Source: Shigella phage Shf125875
DNA length: 64,000 nucleotides
Strand: one strand, 5' to 3'
Sequence record: KM407600
Shown here: positions 28,267 to 41,043 of the stretch, one piece after another
Layout of the letters: each line of letters begins with the position of its first letter
Position numbering within the stretch: position 1 is the first letter of the stretch
Translations under genes and position numbers: made by a program
The notes under the pieces: model-generated
What the model was told of the DNA's origin: nothing
Databases searched by the model: none
Seen by the model: only the letters and a program-made list of their open reading frames with translations

Positions 28267-29258
28267 TATTGAACCTTATTAATATAAGTTAACAGCTCTT
28301 TAGTTTGTTCCCAACTGATGCACGCATCGGTAACGGAAACGCCATAGGACATATTATCAGAAATTTTTTGATTTCCTTCATGTAGGAACGATTCTATCAT
28401 AATTCCTTTGACCAAATCATTAGCTGCTAAATTTTTACCAATACCAATTTGATTGCTATAATGCCCATCAGCGTTTGCATGGCTACAGTCAACCATTACA
28501 TAATGATTCAGACCTACTGCCCTTGCTTTGTTAGAAGCTTCTTGAATATCAGAAGAATGATAGTTCGGGCCGTTGGTCCCGCCACGCAATACGATATGCG
28601 TATTCTGATTACCTTCAGCTTCAACAATGCCTACAGTACCATCGACGTCCATACCCATATACCGATGAGGCCAGGCGGCACTATACATCGCGTCTGTAGC
28701 TACTTTAATAGAACCATTGGTTGCGTTCTTGAAGCCTACGCACATCGGTAGACCTGAAGCAATTTCACGATGTGTCTGACTTTCAGTCGTACGGGCGCCA
28801 ATAGCAACCCATGAGAAAATACCAGAAAGATACTTAATCGTGAATGGGTCTAATACTTCAGTTGCTAATGGAAGTCCCATACGTAGAAGTTTACGACACA
28901 ATGTTCGTGCAACTATAAGACCGTGGTTCATATCAAAACTTCCGTCAAGATATGGATCATTTACAAGACCTTTCCAACCTACGGTAGTTCGAGGCTTTTC
29001 AAAATAAACGCGCATCACTAACAGAACATTAGGAAGACGAGTTTGAAGTTCAGCCAGACGTTTGCCGTATTCAACAGCAGCAATAGGGTCATGAATTGAA
29101 CAAGGACCTACAACAATAAGTTTGCGTGGGTCTTCACCGTTCATAATCGAATTAACTTGTTCGCGATGAGAAGCCACTTGTGATGCGTAAGCTTCCGACA
29201 AAGGAATAATCTCAGCCAGTTCTTTTGGAGAAATAAGTTTTCCGACGACAGGTAACAT
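28266..29258 (-). CDS. 3-deoxy-D-arabino-heptulosonate-7-phosphate (DAHP) synthase, class I AroG/F/H-like
   Basis: 330-aa ORF with DAHP synthase motifs GPCSIHD, RVYFEKPRTTVGWKGL, GARTTESQ, FKN, CSHAN, ESFLHEGNQ, TDACI; Cys, His, Glu and Asp metal ligands all present. Confidence 0.88.
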   Translation of the reverse strand: MLPVVGKLISPKELAEIIPLSEAYASQVASHREQVNSIMNGEDPRKLIVVGPCSIHDPIAAVEYGKRLAELQTRLPNVLLVMRVYFEKPRTTVGWKGLVNDPYLDGSFDMNHGLIVARTLCRKLLRMGLPLATEVLDPFTIKYLSGIFSWVAIGARTTESQTHREIASGLPMCVGFKNATNGSIKVATDAMYSAAWPHRYMGMDVDGTVGIVEAEGNQNTHIVLRGGTNGPNYHSSDIQEASNKARAVGLNHYVMVDCSHANADGHYSNQIGIGKNLAANDLVKGIMIESFLHEGNQKISDNMSYGVSVTDACISWEQTKELLTYINKVQ

Positions 29259-29378
29259 AACAATCCTTAGGAGATATAAACAGATTCTGATTCAACAATA
29301 CCTTTAACCGGATTAGACAGGCTAAGTTGGTAGTGCTCAGATTTATGACCATTCTCGATAGTAATGAGATAGCTCTCA

Positions 29379-29615
29379 TTATAGTGTTCCATATACTCGA
29401 GTTGCTTCAACAAGACCATCACTGCCTAATTTAAGATTAGTAATTTGGTCACCATCTTTAGGATTAACGATTATGAGAAAAGAACGTGGAGATTCTTGAA
29501 TAACTCGTAATGTTGCATCTTGGAAACGTTCAGACACTTTATTGATGAGTGCTTGAGCAAATTCTTTTACTTTAATCTGAAATTCGTGTACTGTAATTGG
29601 GTTTTCACTTAGCAT
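29379..29615 (-). CDS. hypothetical early protein (cd.x position)
   Basis: 78-aa ORF with early promoter at 29644-29673. Confidence 0.45.
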   Translation of the reverse strand: MLSENPITVHEFQIKVKEFAQALINKVSERFQDATLRVIQESPRSFLIIVNPKDGDQITNLKLGSDGLVEATRVYGTL

Positions 29616-29643
29616 TTCTATTTCCTCATTTGTTGGTAGAGTT

Positions 29644-29673
29644 ATAGTATCACAACTCCACCATGTTGTAAAT
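29644..29673 (-). promoter_or_regulatory. early promoter
   Basis: ATTTAC, 18 nt, TACTAT; upstream of ORF 29379..29615. Confidence 0.5.
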
Positions 29674-29675
29674 CA

Positions 29676-29951
29676 TTAAATTGCTTTGCATTCAATTTTT
29701 TGTGTACCGAAATTGATATCACATTGGATAACTAAATCGCCGTCAAGATCAAATACCACTATGACGTGTGCAGACCCAGGGAGAAGAGTAATAGCAATAG
29801 AATCTACTTGGTCTGGGAGCAAAGCATTGAGTACATGAGTTAGTTGAGCATGAACTCTGAGTTCGGCTGCATTATCAAGCACTTCAAACATATTATTAGC
29901 AATAATCTGACTGAAGACTACCTTTACAATTTCAGAATAAGTTGGGAACAT
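29676..29951 (-). CDS. hypothetical protein (cd.x position)
   Basis: 91-aa ORF. Confidence 0.45.
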   Translation of the reverse strand: MFPTYSEIVKVVFSQIIANNMFEVLDNAAELRVHAQLTHVLNALLPDQVDSIAITLLPGSAHVIVVFDLDGDLVIQCDINFGTQKIECKAI

Positions 29952-29958
29952 AATTACC

Positions 29959-30183
29959 TCAGTGTACAGTATTTACTTTAACTCGAACAACAAATCGCTC
30001 GGTCGGTTCACCTACAGGAACAAACTCTACATGATATTCGCCTTTGTAACGAGTATTCAGATCATTACGAATTCCTGCGAGTTTGTTGATTAATGTAGGA
30101 CTCATATTAAGTCCCACTAGTTTACGAAGCATTTTGTATGCTTCATCTTCGATTTCATGATGTTTATCGTACATAGTTTTCAT
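29959..30183 (-). CDS. hypothetical protein (cd.x position)
   Basis: 74-aa ORF. Confidence 0.45.
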   Translation of the reverse strand: MKTMYDKHHEIEDEAYKMLRKLVGLNMSPTLINKLAGIRNDLNTRYKGEYHVEFVPVGEPTERFVVRVKVNTVH

Positions 30184-30354
30184 TTAACCATTCAATTGCC
30201 TGGTCGACGTTATCAAATATACCACCGTCCAAACGTTCTTCATGCTCATAGTCCAGCACATCAATACCGAACTGTCCATTTACTAAAGGCCAGGCTACAA
30301 ACAAATATTCTTTATGCTGTTCGATGGCCTCAATCACTTCATATAATCGTTTCA

Positions 30355-30355
<1 letters not shown>
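30164..30355 (-). CDS. hypothetical protein (cd.x position)
   Basis: 63-aa ORF overlapping its neighbours. Confidence 0.4.
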
Positions 30356-31441
<1,086 letters not shown>

Positions 31442-31442
<1 letters not shown>

Positions 31443-31741
31443 TATTTTATTCCTAAGAAAATTTCAAGAATACGAATGTTATGCTCGCGCCGGTCTTTAT
31501 TAATTTCAGCAACGTTTTTATTAATTGACGTACTTCTAACGTTTGAAGAAATAAATTTAATCATATGACTTTTGAGTTGTTGCAAATCCAACCCTTTTTC
31601 TTTAGCAGCTTTACGAAGAGCTTTACCTGCTTCATCTAGTGCCTTTGCTGCATCTTTGTCATAATTGCCAAGTGACATTCCACGACAGATATCAATATAC
31701 TCATCAGACCGTTTGATGTAATTCTCTAGTAATGTTTTCAT
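31442..31741 (-). CDS. hypothetical early protein
   Basis: 99-aa ORF with early promoter at 31770-31799. Confidence 0.5.
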
Positions 31742-31769
31742 TTAGATTTCCTCAATTATCCATAGGAGC

Positions 31770-31799
31770 ATTATACTCTGCTCCTGAGAGTTTGTAAAC
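31770..31799 (-). promoter_or_regulatory. early promoter
   Basis: GTTTACA, 17 nt, TATAAT; upstream of ORF 31442..31741. Confidence 0.65.
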
Positions 31800-32023
31800 T
31801 ATTTTACTAAAGATTCAATATACTCGTGAAGAGCTTTAGTCGCTACTGCCCACTTATTCTGATATTCATTTTCATGATTAGCACGAGACTGAACTAACAA
31901 TCGGTCATTAGTCGGAGGCAAAGATTCTAATCGTTGAATCTGGCGCCCATAAATCATAGCCGCCATTTCAGATTCATAGATAAGCCCTTTAATGTATTCA
32001 TGCTGTTCTTTAGTCATTGGCAT
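31799..32023 (-). CDS. hypothetical protein
   Basis: 74-aa ORF. Confidence 0.45.
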   Translation of the reverse strand: MPMTKEQHEYIKGLIYESEMAAMIYGRQIQRLESLPPTNDRLLVQSRANHENEYQNKWAVATKALHEYIESLVK

Positions 32024-32304
32024 TTTTCCTCTTTTAAACCACTACGATAATAACATAACATAGTCTTCTGGTCATGTACATATCTTTTTACGTCGTTTAA
32101 CCAGATACGAAATTCTTGAGAGTCTTCAAATGGCATTCCAACCCATGGATTACCATCAATAACCTTTACTTGCCATTTCTGGTTATATTCAGCAATAGAT
32201 TCAGGCCATTGCGGATGTAAAGTTTCTTTAGGGCTTAAGGGCACATCCTGGGCACATCCAGCCAAAATACCAATAGATAATACAACTGCGGTTAATTTAA
32301 TCAT
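32014..32304 (-). CDS. pseT.2: o-spanin (outer-membrane lipoprotein, Rz1 equivalent)
   Basis: Signal peptide plus lipobox LAGC; C-terminal Cys; follows the i-spanin candidate. Confidence 0.6.
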   Translation of the reverse strand: MIKLTAVVLSIGILAGCAQDVPLSPKETLHPQWPESIAEYNQKWQVKVIDGNPWVGMPFEDSQEFRIWLNDVKRYVHDQKTMLCYYRSGLKEEKCQ

Positions 32305-32657
32305 TCTGAGAGCTTCCTGAGGTCTTCTGCAAAGGAATCGAAGGACCTGTTGATTTGTTTTTCGACCAATCCTGGTTTACTTGCCACCACGTTCTTCTTC
32401 TTCGAATCCTTACGGAGCTTTTCATTTTCAGCCTTAAGTTGGTCAACTAAAACACGGTTCTTATAAGTCATTTCTTCGATTGACTGATATTGAACTTTGA
32501 AGTCGTCTAATACTTTAGCATTGTTTTTAGCAGCCTCTTTAACAGAGGCCAATTCAGTATTCAACGAATCAACTTTGTTGTTTAAGACCACTATTGTTAC
32601 CGTAGAAACTAGAGCAAAAGCTGCTACTATAGCATAAATCGGATTTACTTTAAGCAT
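32301..32657 (-). CDS. pseT.3: i-spanin (inner-membrane, Rz equivalent)
   Basis: N-terminal transmembrane segment followed by a periplasmic coiled-coil-like region; precedes the o-spanin. Confidence 0.6.
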   Translation of the reverse strand: MLKVNPIYAIVAAFALVSTVTIVVLNNKVDSLNTELASVKEAAKNNAKVLDDFKVQYQSIEEMTYKNRVLVDQLKAENEKLRKDSKKKNVVASKPGLVEKQINRSFDSFAEDLRKLSE

Positions 32658-33145
32658 GTTTTAATAATCTCAATGATTTCATCTCGGGATAATCCATTGA
32701 TAAGAACGGTTTTCAAACCATCACACTGGATTTTGTACGATTCAAACAATACACACAACTCTTCTGCTGTATGATACGGGCTTGAAATTCCGAGACGGTT
32801 GAATTTGTCGGTAAGAGGGTCGCAAATGATGTAGAATTTTATACCTGCGATATGTACGTTTGGTTGACTAATATTAATGAACACATTAGCGTCGTATTTA
32901 GTCAAATTGTTTTGAAGAAATTTTACCATGGCATTAACTGCTTCTGGCATCGCTTCGCGTTTCTCTTCAGCGTATCGGGTGGAATACTCTTTTTGTTTTA
33001 CTTTCTTTTTAAGATTTTTGGCCAGTGTAACACGGAGGTCAGTAAGATAACCAACTGGACGTCCTTTCTTAAAGACTCGGATTCCATCAGTTGTGTCTCC
33101 AAAAGCGGTTACGACCATATCGTTAGTAATCAATTGCATATTCAT
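32645..33145 (-). CDS. alc: Alc (host transcription terminator on dC-DNA)
   Basis: Track ORF trimmed to Met22 (MNMQLITNDMVV), which is downstream of the early promoter at 33176-33205 and has a GAGGAG Shine-Dalgarno; assigned by synteny and size. Confidence 0.65.
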   Translation of the reverse strand: MNMQLITNDMVVTAFGDTTDGIRVFKKGRPVGYLTDLRVTLAKNLKKKVKQKEYSTRYAEEKREAMPEAVNAMVKFLQNNLTKYDANVFINISQPNVHIAGIKFYIICDPLTDKFNRLGISSPYHTAEELCVLFESYKIQCDGLKTVLINGLSRDEIIEIIKTCLK

Positions 33146-33175
33146 AATTTTCTCCTCGTGTTGTTGATAAAAGCC

Positions 33176-33205
33176 ATAGTAACACCATCCTTGGTGTTTG
33201 TAAAC
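33176..33205 (-). promoter_or_regulatory. early promoter for alc
   Basis: GTTTACA, 17 nt, TACTAT; predicted transcript start is upstream of Met22 of the alc ORF. Confidence 0.6.
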
Positions 33206-33207
33206 CA

Positions 33208-34341
<1,134 letters not shown>

Positions 34342-34357
34342 TCAGTTAGTTTTTTAA

Positions 34358-34387
34358 ATTGTACCACAATCCTTGTGGTATGTAAAC
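34358..34387 (-). promoter_or_regulatory. early promoter for rnlA
   Basis: GTTTACA, 17 nt, TACAAT; 26 nt upstream of the rnlA ATG. Confidence 0.6.
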
Positions 34388-34797
34388 TACTTTTTCTTAT
34401 GTTGGATATTCCAAGGCGGGTTGAACTTTTTGATAAAAAGCGGTTCTTCAAGGTCCATTGTTGCGATGGTCATTGAACCAAGTTCGTTGGTGACTGAAAG
34501 GTCAAAACATTGACGGGCCCAGAATTCAACCTTTTTGCCTTGCATTAAGGCATCCAAAATCATAAGTGATTTTCTTGAATCTGAAGTCTGGTCTTTTCGA
34601 TTTATAGCTGTTCGATAATAGTTAATGCGTTTCTTTAAATTCTTGGTTTTACCAATATACACAAGTTCGTCATCTATAGCAATAGCGTATATGACATTTT
34701 TCTTATTAGGGGCATCAATGGTTTTAATTGTTGCATCTTCTAATAGCTCCAATTCTATATATTTAATAAAGGAATATTCGGCGGCAATATCTTTCAT
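34387..34797 (-). CDS. denA: endonuclease II (DenA)
   Basis: 136-aa ORF with GIY-YIG-like motif VIYAIAIDDELVYIGKT; recognised as T4 DenA-like. Confidence 0.9.
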   Translation of the reverse strand: MKDIAAEYSFIKYIELELLEDATIKTIDAPNKKNVIYAIAIDDELVYIGKTKNLKKRINYYRTAINRKDQTSDSRKSLMILDALMQGKKVEFWARQCFDLSVTNELGSMTIATMDLEEPLFIKKFNPPWNIQHKKK

Positions 34798-34805
34798 AAT
34801 AAAGT

Positions 34806-34819
34806 GGGACCGAAGTCCC
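34806..34819 (-). other. UUCG-loop stem-loop in the nrdB-denA intergenic spacer
   Basis: gggaccgaagtccc, 8 nt upstream of the denA ATG; no U-tract. Confidence 0.4.
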
Positions 34820-34823
34820 GTCC

Positions 34824-36002
34824 TTAGAAATATTTTTTGTATGAATTGATTACATTTTGGTCTACATCATTATCAATTTGTGCGACAAGATAAGAACTGA
34901 TTTCAACTTCCTGAGGAGCTGCTTGAACTAAATCAGAGTTCAGATATTCACGAATCCAAGGATACGGATGCTTGGTCGGAGCATCAGTGATTGGGCATGG
35001 CAAACCGCACTGTTTCATACGAGACACAGTCAAGTAATCAACAAAAGCACACATACTCTGCGTATTGATACCTGGACATGTACCATCTTTAAAGAGGTGT
35101 GCAGCCCATTCCTTCTCTTGACTATTTACTTCCATAAAGATATCTACTGCTTCTTGCTCACACTCTTTAGCAATTTGAACCCATTCATCCCCATCAACAC
35201 CAAGTTGGAGCTGTCGAATAATGTACTGAGTGCCTTTAAGGTGGAGTTGTTCGTCACGAGCGATGAACTTCATAATCTTTGCATTACCTTCCATGATTTC
35301 CATGTTCTTATGGAAGTTGAAAGTACATGCAAAAGATACATAAAAACGAATAGCTTCTAAGGCGTTAATAACGTGTAAGCAGAGATAAAGAGACTTCATT
35401 AATGCACGTTTACATTCTTCCACATGCATAAGACTATTTGAATATGCATCCAAATCATATTCATTTTCGGAAAAACATTTAAAAATTTCTTTAGCATTTT
35501 CCCATTCACGTGTTTTAACTAGAACATCATCATAATATTTGCCGATTGATTCCGCACGTTTCATAATTGCTTCATCTAATACAATCTCATCAAATACCTT
35601 CGATGGATCAGTATAAAGATTTCGCATGATATGAGTATATGAACGAGAGTGAATGGTTTCACTGAATGTCCATGTAGCAACCCATGTATCTAATGAAGGG
35701 TCAGAAATCAGTGCCATAAGTACCGCAGATGGGGCCCTGCCTTGGATAGAATCTAATAATGATTGATACTTAAGATTGTTTGTAAAGATATCCTGTTGAA
35801 ACTGAGGAAGCTTATTGAACTGCGCAGAGTCCAACATCAAGTTTACCTCTTCCGGGCGCCAAAAAAACGACAATTGCTTTTCAATAAGCTCTTCAAAAAC
35901 TTTATGGCGTTGAATATCGTAACGCGCAAGGCCAAGACCGGAACCAAAGAACATTGGTTCATTCAAAACATCAACTTTTTGGGTATTAAAAACTGTACTC
36001 AT
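34824..36002 (-). CDS. nrdB: ribonucleotide reductase small subunit NrdB (no intron)
   Basis: 392-aa continuous ORF. Confidence 0.95.
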   Translation of the reverse strand: MSTVFNTQKVDVLNEPMFFGSGLGLARYDIQRHKVFEELIEKQLSFFWRPEEVNLMLDSAQFNKLPQFQQDIFTNNLKYQSLLDSIQGRAPSAVLMALISDPSLDTWVATWTFSETIHSRSYTHIMRNLYTDPSKVFDEIVLDEAIMKRAESIGKYYDDVLVKTREWENAKEIFKCFSENEYDLDAYSNSLMHVEECKRALMKSLYLCLHVINALEAIRFYVSFACTFNFHKNMEIMEGNAKIMKFIARDEQLHLKGTQYIIRQLQLGVDGDEWVQIAKECEQEAVDIFMEVNSQEKEWAAHLFKDGTCPGINTQSMCAFVDYLTVSRMKQCGLPCPITDAPTKHPYPWIREYLNSDLVQAAPQEVEISSYLVAQIDNDVDQNVINSYKKYF

Positions 36003-36052
36003 TATATTCTCTCAATAGTGACTCATCCATGAGTCAATTATAAACAAAATTC

Positions 36053-38308
36053 TTAAAGCTTACAAGCGGAGCAATCTTCAGCTTTAGGCGTTTCTAACTC
36101 ATAGTCATCTGTACCAGAACCATCTCGAGTGTTATGATAGTAAAGGTTCTTACCACCAAAGTACCAGAAGTAAAGCAAGTCATCAAGCATTACAGACATT
36201 GGCACTTTGCCTTTCTCAAAGACTGAAGGGTCGTAGTATGTATTAGCAGAAGCAGATTGGCACACCCATTTTAACATGATAACAACTTGTGTCAGATAAG
36301 GCTTATTACCTTTCTTAGCGAGTTTCCACGCATAGTCATAAAGACCCATGTTGTGTTCAATATTAGGAACTACTTGACGGAAATTACCTTCTTTAGATTC
36401 TTTAATACTTACTGGGCCACGAGGTGGTTCAATACCATTTGTGCTATTTGAGACCTGGCTGCTTGATTCGCATGGCATGAGTGCAGACAACGTTGAGTTA
36501 CGAATTCCATGTTCTTTGAGTTCAGCTCGAAGTTCTTCCCAGTCACAGACGTAGTTTGGGGCTGCGATTTGGTCAATCTTTTTATTGTACCAGTCGATAG
36601 GTAATTCGCCTCGAGACCATTTAGTGTCTGAATAATACTCGCAACGTCCTTTTTCTTTGGCGAGTTTGATTGATGCTTTGATAAGGCCATATTGCAATCT
36701 CTCAAACAATTCATGAGTCAAATCGTTAGCGTCTTCATATGAAGCAAAGTTAGAAGCTAACCATGCAGCATAGTTCGTAACACCAATACCAAGATTACGA
36801 CGCTTTTTAGCTTTTAAAGCTTCTGGAACCGGATAGTCTTGATAGTCTAACAGGTTATCAAGTGCACGTACTTGTACTTCAGCAAGTTCATTAATTTTAT
36901 CTTGGTCTTGCCAATCAAATTTATCTAACACGAATGCAGATAATGTGCATAAACCAATTTCAGCATCAGGACCATTCACATCATTAGTTGGAATAGCGAT
37001 TTCACAACATAAGTTACTCTGTCGAATTGGAGCTTTTTCACGAATAAATGGAGTGTAGTTGTTCGTGTTATCAACGAATTGTGGATAAATTCGAGCAGTA
37101 CCAGAGCGTTCAGTCATGAACAATTCAAAGAGTTCTAGTGCTTTGATTCTTTTCTTTCTGATTGTTGGGTCTTTTTCAGCTTTCTCATAAAGCTCACGGA
37201 ATTTATCTTGATCTTCAAAGAACGAGTAGTATAGTTCGCCTGACATTTCGTGAGGGCTAAATAAAGTAATATAATCATTTTTACCAAGGCGTTCCATCAT
37301 AAGGTCATTAATCTGAATTCCGTAGTCCATATGTCTAATACGGTTTTCATCCACGCCTTTGTTATTTTTCAGAACCAACAGGTTCTCTACTTCTAAGTGC
37401 CACATCGGATAATACGCTGTAGCAGCACCACCACGAATACCACCTTGAGAACAAGATTTTACTGCAGTTTGGAAATGTTTCCAGAATGGAATAACACCCG
37501 TATGTCGAACTTCACCCATACCAATCTTAGAACCTTCTGCACGAAGCATACCAACGTTGATACCGATACCAGCTCGTTTAGAAATATATTCAATAATTGA
37601 TGCTGAAGTTTTGTTAATAGATTTTAACGAATCACCGGCTTCAATAACTACACAACTAGAGAACTGGCGAGTTGGAGTACGAGCACCTGCCATAATTGGG
37701 GTTGGCAATGAAACTTGATGAGTAGAAACGGCATCATAAAAACGAATAATATGTTTCAAACGGTCATGAGTTTCGTCTTGATGTAAGGCCATGCCAATAG
37801 CCATGATAGCAAACTGTGGAGTTTCATAAATCTTCCCAGTTGTTTTATCTTTAACTAGATATTTTTCTTTAAGCTGCATAGCACCAGCATAAGTCAGGTC
37901 AAAGTCTCGTTCATGTTTAATCTGTGAATCGAGATAAATGATTTCTTCTGCCGAATATTGAGACAACAGCTCAGGGTCGTATTTGCCTTCATTAACACAA
38001 TAAGAAATATGGTCGATAAAAGCAGGCGGTTCAAACTGCCCATACACATCTTTACGAAGTGCAAACATTAATCCTTTAGCGGCAACATATTGATAGTCAG
38101 GTTCTTCGACAGAAATCAAGTTAGCTGCAACTTTAATACAAATCTTCTGGATATCTTTGGTGCTCATCCCATCAACCAGATGAGTCTTAATTTCTTCATA
38201 CAATTCGTATGGGTCGATTTGTGTTCCTTCACACTGCCAAGTTAAGACTTGAATAATTTTCTGTGCATCAAAATTTTGGGATACACCACTGCTCTTAGTT
38301 ACTTGCAT
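36053..38308 (-). CDS. nrdA: ribonucleotide reductase large subunit NrdA
   Basis: 751-aa ORF with C-terminal redox cysteines. Confidence 0.95.
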   Translation of the reverse strand: MQVTKSSGVSQNFDAQKIIQVLTWQCEGTQIDPYELYEEIKTHLVDGMSTKDIQKICIKVAANLISVEEPDYQYVAAKGLMFALRKDVYGQFEPPAFIDHISYCVNEGKYDPELLSQYSAEEIIYLDSQIKHERDFDLTYAGAMQLKEKYLVKDKTTGKIYETPQFAIMAIGMALHQDETHDRLKHIIRFYDAVSTHQVSLPTPIMAGARTPTRQFSSCVVIEAGDSLKSINKTSASIIEYISKRAGIGINVGMLRAEGSKIGMGEVRHTGVIPFWKHFQTAVKSCSQGGIRGGAATAYYPMWHLEVENLLVLKNNKGVDENRIRHMDYGIQINDLMMERLGKNDYITLFSPHEMSGELYYSFFEDQDKFRELYEKAEKDPTIRKKRIKALELFELFMTERSGTARIYPQFVDNTNNYTPFIREKAPIRQSNLCCEIAIPTNDVNGPDAEIGLCTLSAFVLDKFDWQDQDKINELAEVQVRALDNLLDYQDYPVPEALKAKKRRNLGIGVTNYAAWLASNFASYEDANDLTHELFERLQYGLIKASIKLAKEKGRCEYYSDTKWSRGELPIDWYNKKIDQIAAPNYVCDWEELRAELKEHGIRNSTLSALMPCESSSQVSNSTNGIEPPRGPVSIKESKEGNFRQVVPNIEHNMGLYDYAWKLAKKGNKPYLTQVVIMLKWVCQSASANTYYDPSVFEKGKVPMSVMLDDLLYFWYFGGKNLYYHNTRDGSGTDDYELETPKAEDCSACKL

Positions 38309-38395
38309 ATATTCCTCAGTATAGGTTGATAGACATTACTCCAAACGGGATAGTATTTATCCCGTTAATTTATTATACACTTTTAAACTGAAGCG

Positions 38396-38650
38396 TTAAT
38401 TATTCTTAGCAATAATTTCTTTGTATTCTTTAGGTGTCAAGACTGTGATATCGAAATAAACCAATGGTTCTTTTTCCATACCGTAACCACCACAAAATTC
38501 ACGATATTCATAAATTCGTTCATGTGAATAACAAATGAATCGTTCACCTTTAACTGTGATTTCACTATTCGGTGAAGGGATATCTAGTTCGGTAGGATTT
38601 TTCATTTCAAAAATTGTGGTACCATATGAATTAATAAAACGTAAAATCAT
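38396..38650 (-). CDS. hypothetical protein (nrdA.1 position)
   Basis: 84-aa ORF. Confidence 0.45.
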   Translation of the reverse strand: MILRFINSYGTTIFEMKNPTELDIPSPNSEITVKGERFICYSHERIYEYREFCGGYGMEKEPLVYFDITVLTPKEYKEIIAKNN

Positions 38651-39511
38651 TTATACCGCCATTTTAGCTTTGATAGTTGGATGAGATTCGTAATTTTTAA
38701 GAACGAAATCAGAATGTGTCATCGTTCCAGTAACCCAGTCCATTTGGATTTTTGTAGGCCAATTCTCAAAATTACTAGGCCAATTAATTTCAAGAGAACA
38801 CAACTCTTTAGGTTCACGACGAAGAACTTCTTTGCATTGTTCTACATGATTGCTGTAGATATGCGTGTTGCCGCCTGAGAACACTAAATCACCTGGGATA
38901 AGGTTACACATCTTCGCTACAATATGCGTCAAGGCAGCGTATGAGGCAATGTTGAACGGCAGGCCCAAGAAAACATCTACACTGCGTTGATACCATTGTA
39001 AATCAAGATGCCCATTACGCACATTGAACTGATAGAACATGTGGCAAGGAGGAAGAGCCATTTGATTTATTTCGGCCGGATTCCAGGCAGAAACAATTTG
39101 ACGACGATCAGTTGGTAATTTTTTAATACTGTTGATTGTTTCAACTAATTGGTCCACACCACCGAAATCACGCCATTGTTTACCATATATAGGACCAAGT
39201 TCGCCGCTATGATATCCAAGGTCTTTTGCCTGATTTTCATAGTTGTCGTCCCAAATAGTTTTACCTTCAATTAGACTACCATGAGTACGAAGACGTAATT
39301 CATTAACATTAGTAGAACCGGACATGAACCACAATAACTCGGCAATACAAGCTTTCCATGCTAATTTCTTAGTTGTTACTGCAGGGAATCCTTTAGTCAG
39401 GTCCCAACGTAATTTAGTTCCGAACAGAGCAATTGTTCCTGTGCCTGTACGGTCGTCTGTTTCGTAACCGTTTTCAAGGATATTTTTAATTAAATCTTGG
39501 TATTGTTTCAT
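38651..39511 (-). CDS. td: thymidylate synthase Td (no intron)
   Basis: 286-aa continuous ORF with the active-site Cys motif (PPCH). Confidence 0.95.
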   Translation of the reverse strand: MKQYQDLIKNILENGYETDDRTGTGTIALFGTKLRWDLTKGFPAVTTKKLAWKACIAELLWFMSGSTNVNELRLRTHGSLIEGKTIWDDNYENQAKDLGYHSGELGPIYGKQWRDFGGVDQLVETINSIKKLPTDRRQIVSAWNPAEINQMALPPCHMFYQFNVRNGHLDLQWYQRSVDVFLGLPFNIASYAALTHIVAKMCNLIPGDLVFSGGNTHIYSNHVEQCKEVLRREPKELCSLEINWPSNFENWPTKIQMDWVTGTMTHSDFVLKNYESHPTIKAKMAV

Positions 39512-39524
39512 TTAGCACCTATAA

Positions 39525-40482
<958 letters not shown>

Positions 40483-40764
40483 TCAAAACCCCTTTTCAAT
40501 AAACCATTCAGTGGCTTTATTAGCGTCAAAGAATAACTCTTCATATGTCTTTTCTTTGTTTTCAAAAACTGTCACACAAACACGTTGACATTCTCCACAG
40601 TATTCTTCTGACATACTCAAAGCGTCAGAAAACATTTCATTAAATTCACTTAAATCGGGATTATGCAATGCGTTAAAAATTGCATAATCGAATTCGTCAT
40701 TCATAAATTCAAATACAAAAATCATATTATTTTTCCTCAAACAGACTTTTTCACAATTTTCCAA
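40483..40764 (-). CDS. hypothetical protein (frd.1 position)
   Basis: 93-aa ORF. Confidence 0.45.
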   Translation of the reverse strand: MENCEKVCLRKNNMIFVFEFMNDEFDYAIFNALHNPDLSEFNEMFSDALSMSEEYCGECQRVCVTVFENKEKTYEELFFDANKATEWFIEKGF

Positions 40765-40979
40765 TCAGCTTTAAACGATTCAACATCAGAGTGGTAAATC
40801 CAGAATCCTGCACTTTCACCATCTTCATAGAGTGGACATCCATCGCATTCATCTTCCCAACCCATATCGCGTAAAAGATGTTCAGCTTTTTCAACAAGTT
40901 CAGCGTCTTTACCGACGATGTTGAAGTACCATTTACCTCTAACTTCAGAATCTTTGATGCTCTGGCGTTGCAATCTCAT
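40737..40979 (-). CDS. hypothetical early protein (frd.2 position)
   Basis: 80-aa ORF with early promoter at 41014-41043. Confidence 0.45.
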   Translation of the reverse strand: MRLQRQSIKDSEVRGKWYFNIVGKDAELVEKAEHLLRDMGWEDECDGCPLYEDGESAGFWIYHSDVESFKADWKIVKKSV

Positions 40980-41013
40980 TTTATTCTCCTCTTCACTTTT
41001 ATTTGATAGGGCT

Positions 41014-41043
41014 ACTATAACATAACCCTATCTTGTTATAAAC
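41014..41043 (-). promoter_or_regulatory. early promoter
   Basis: GTTTATA, 17 nt, TATAGT; upstream of ORF 40737..40979. Confidence 0.55.
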
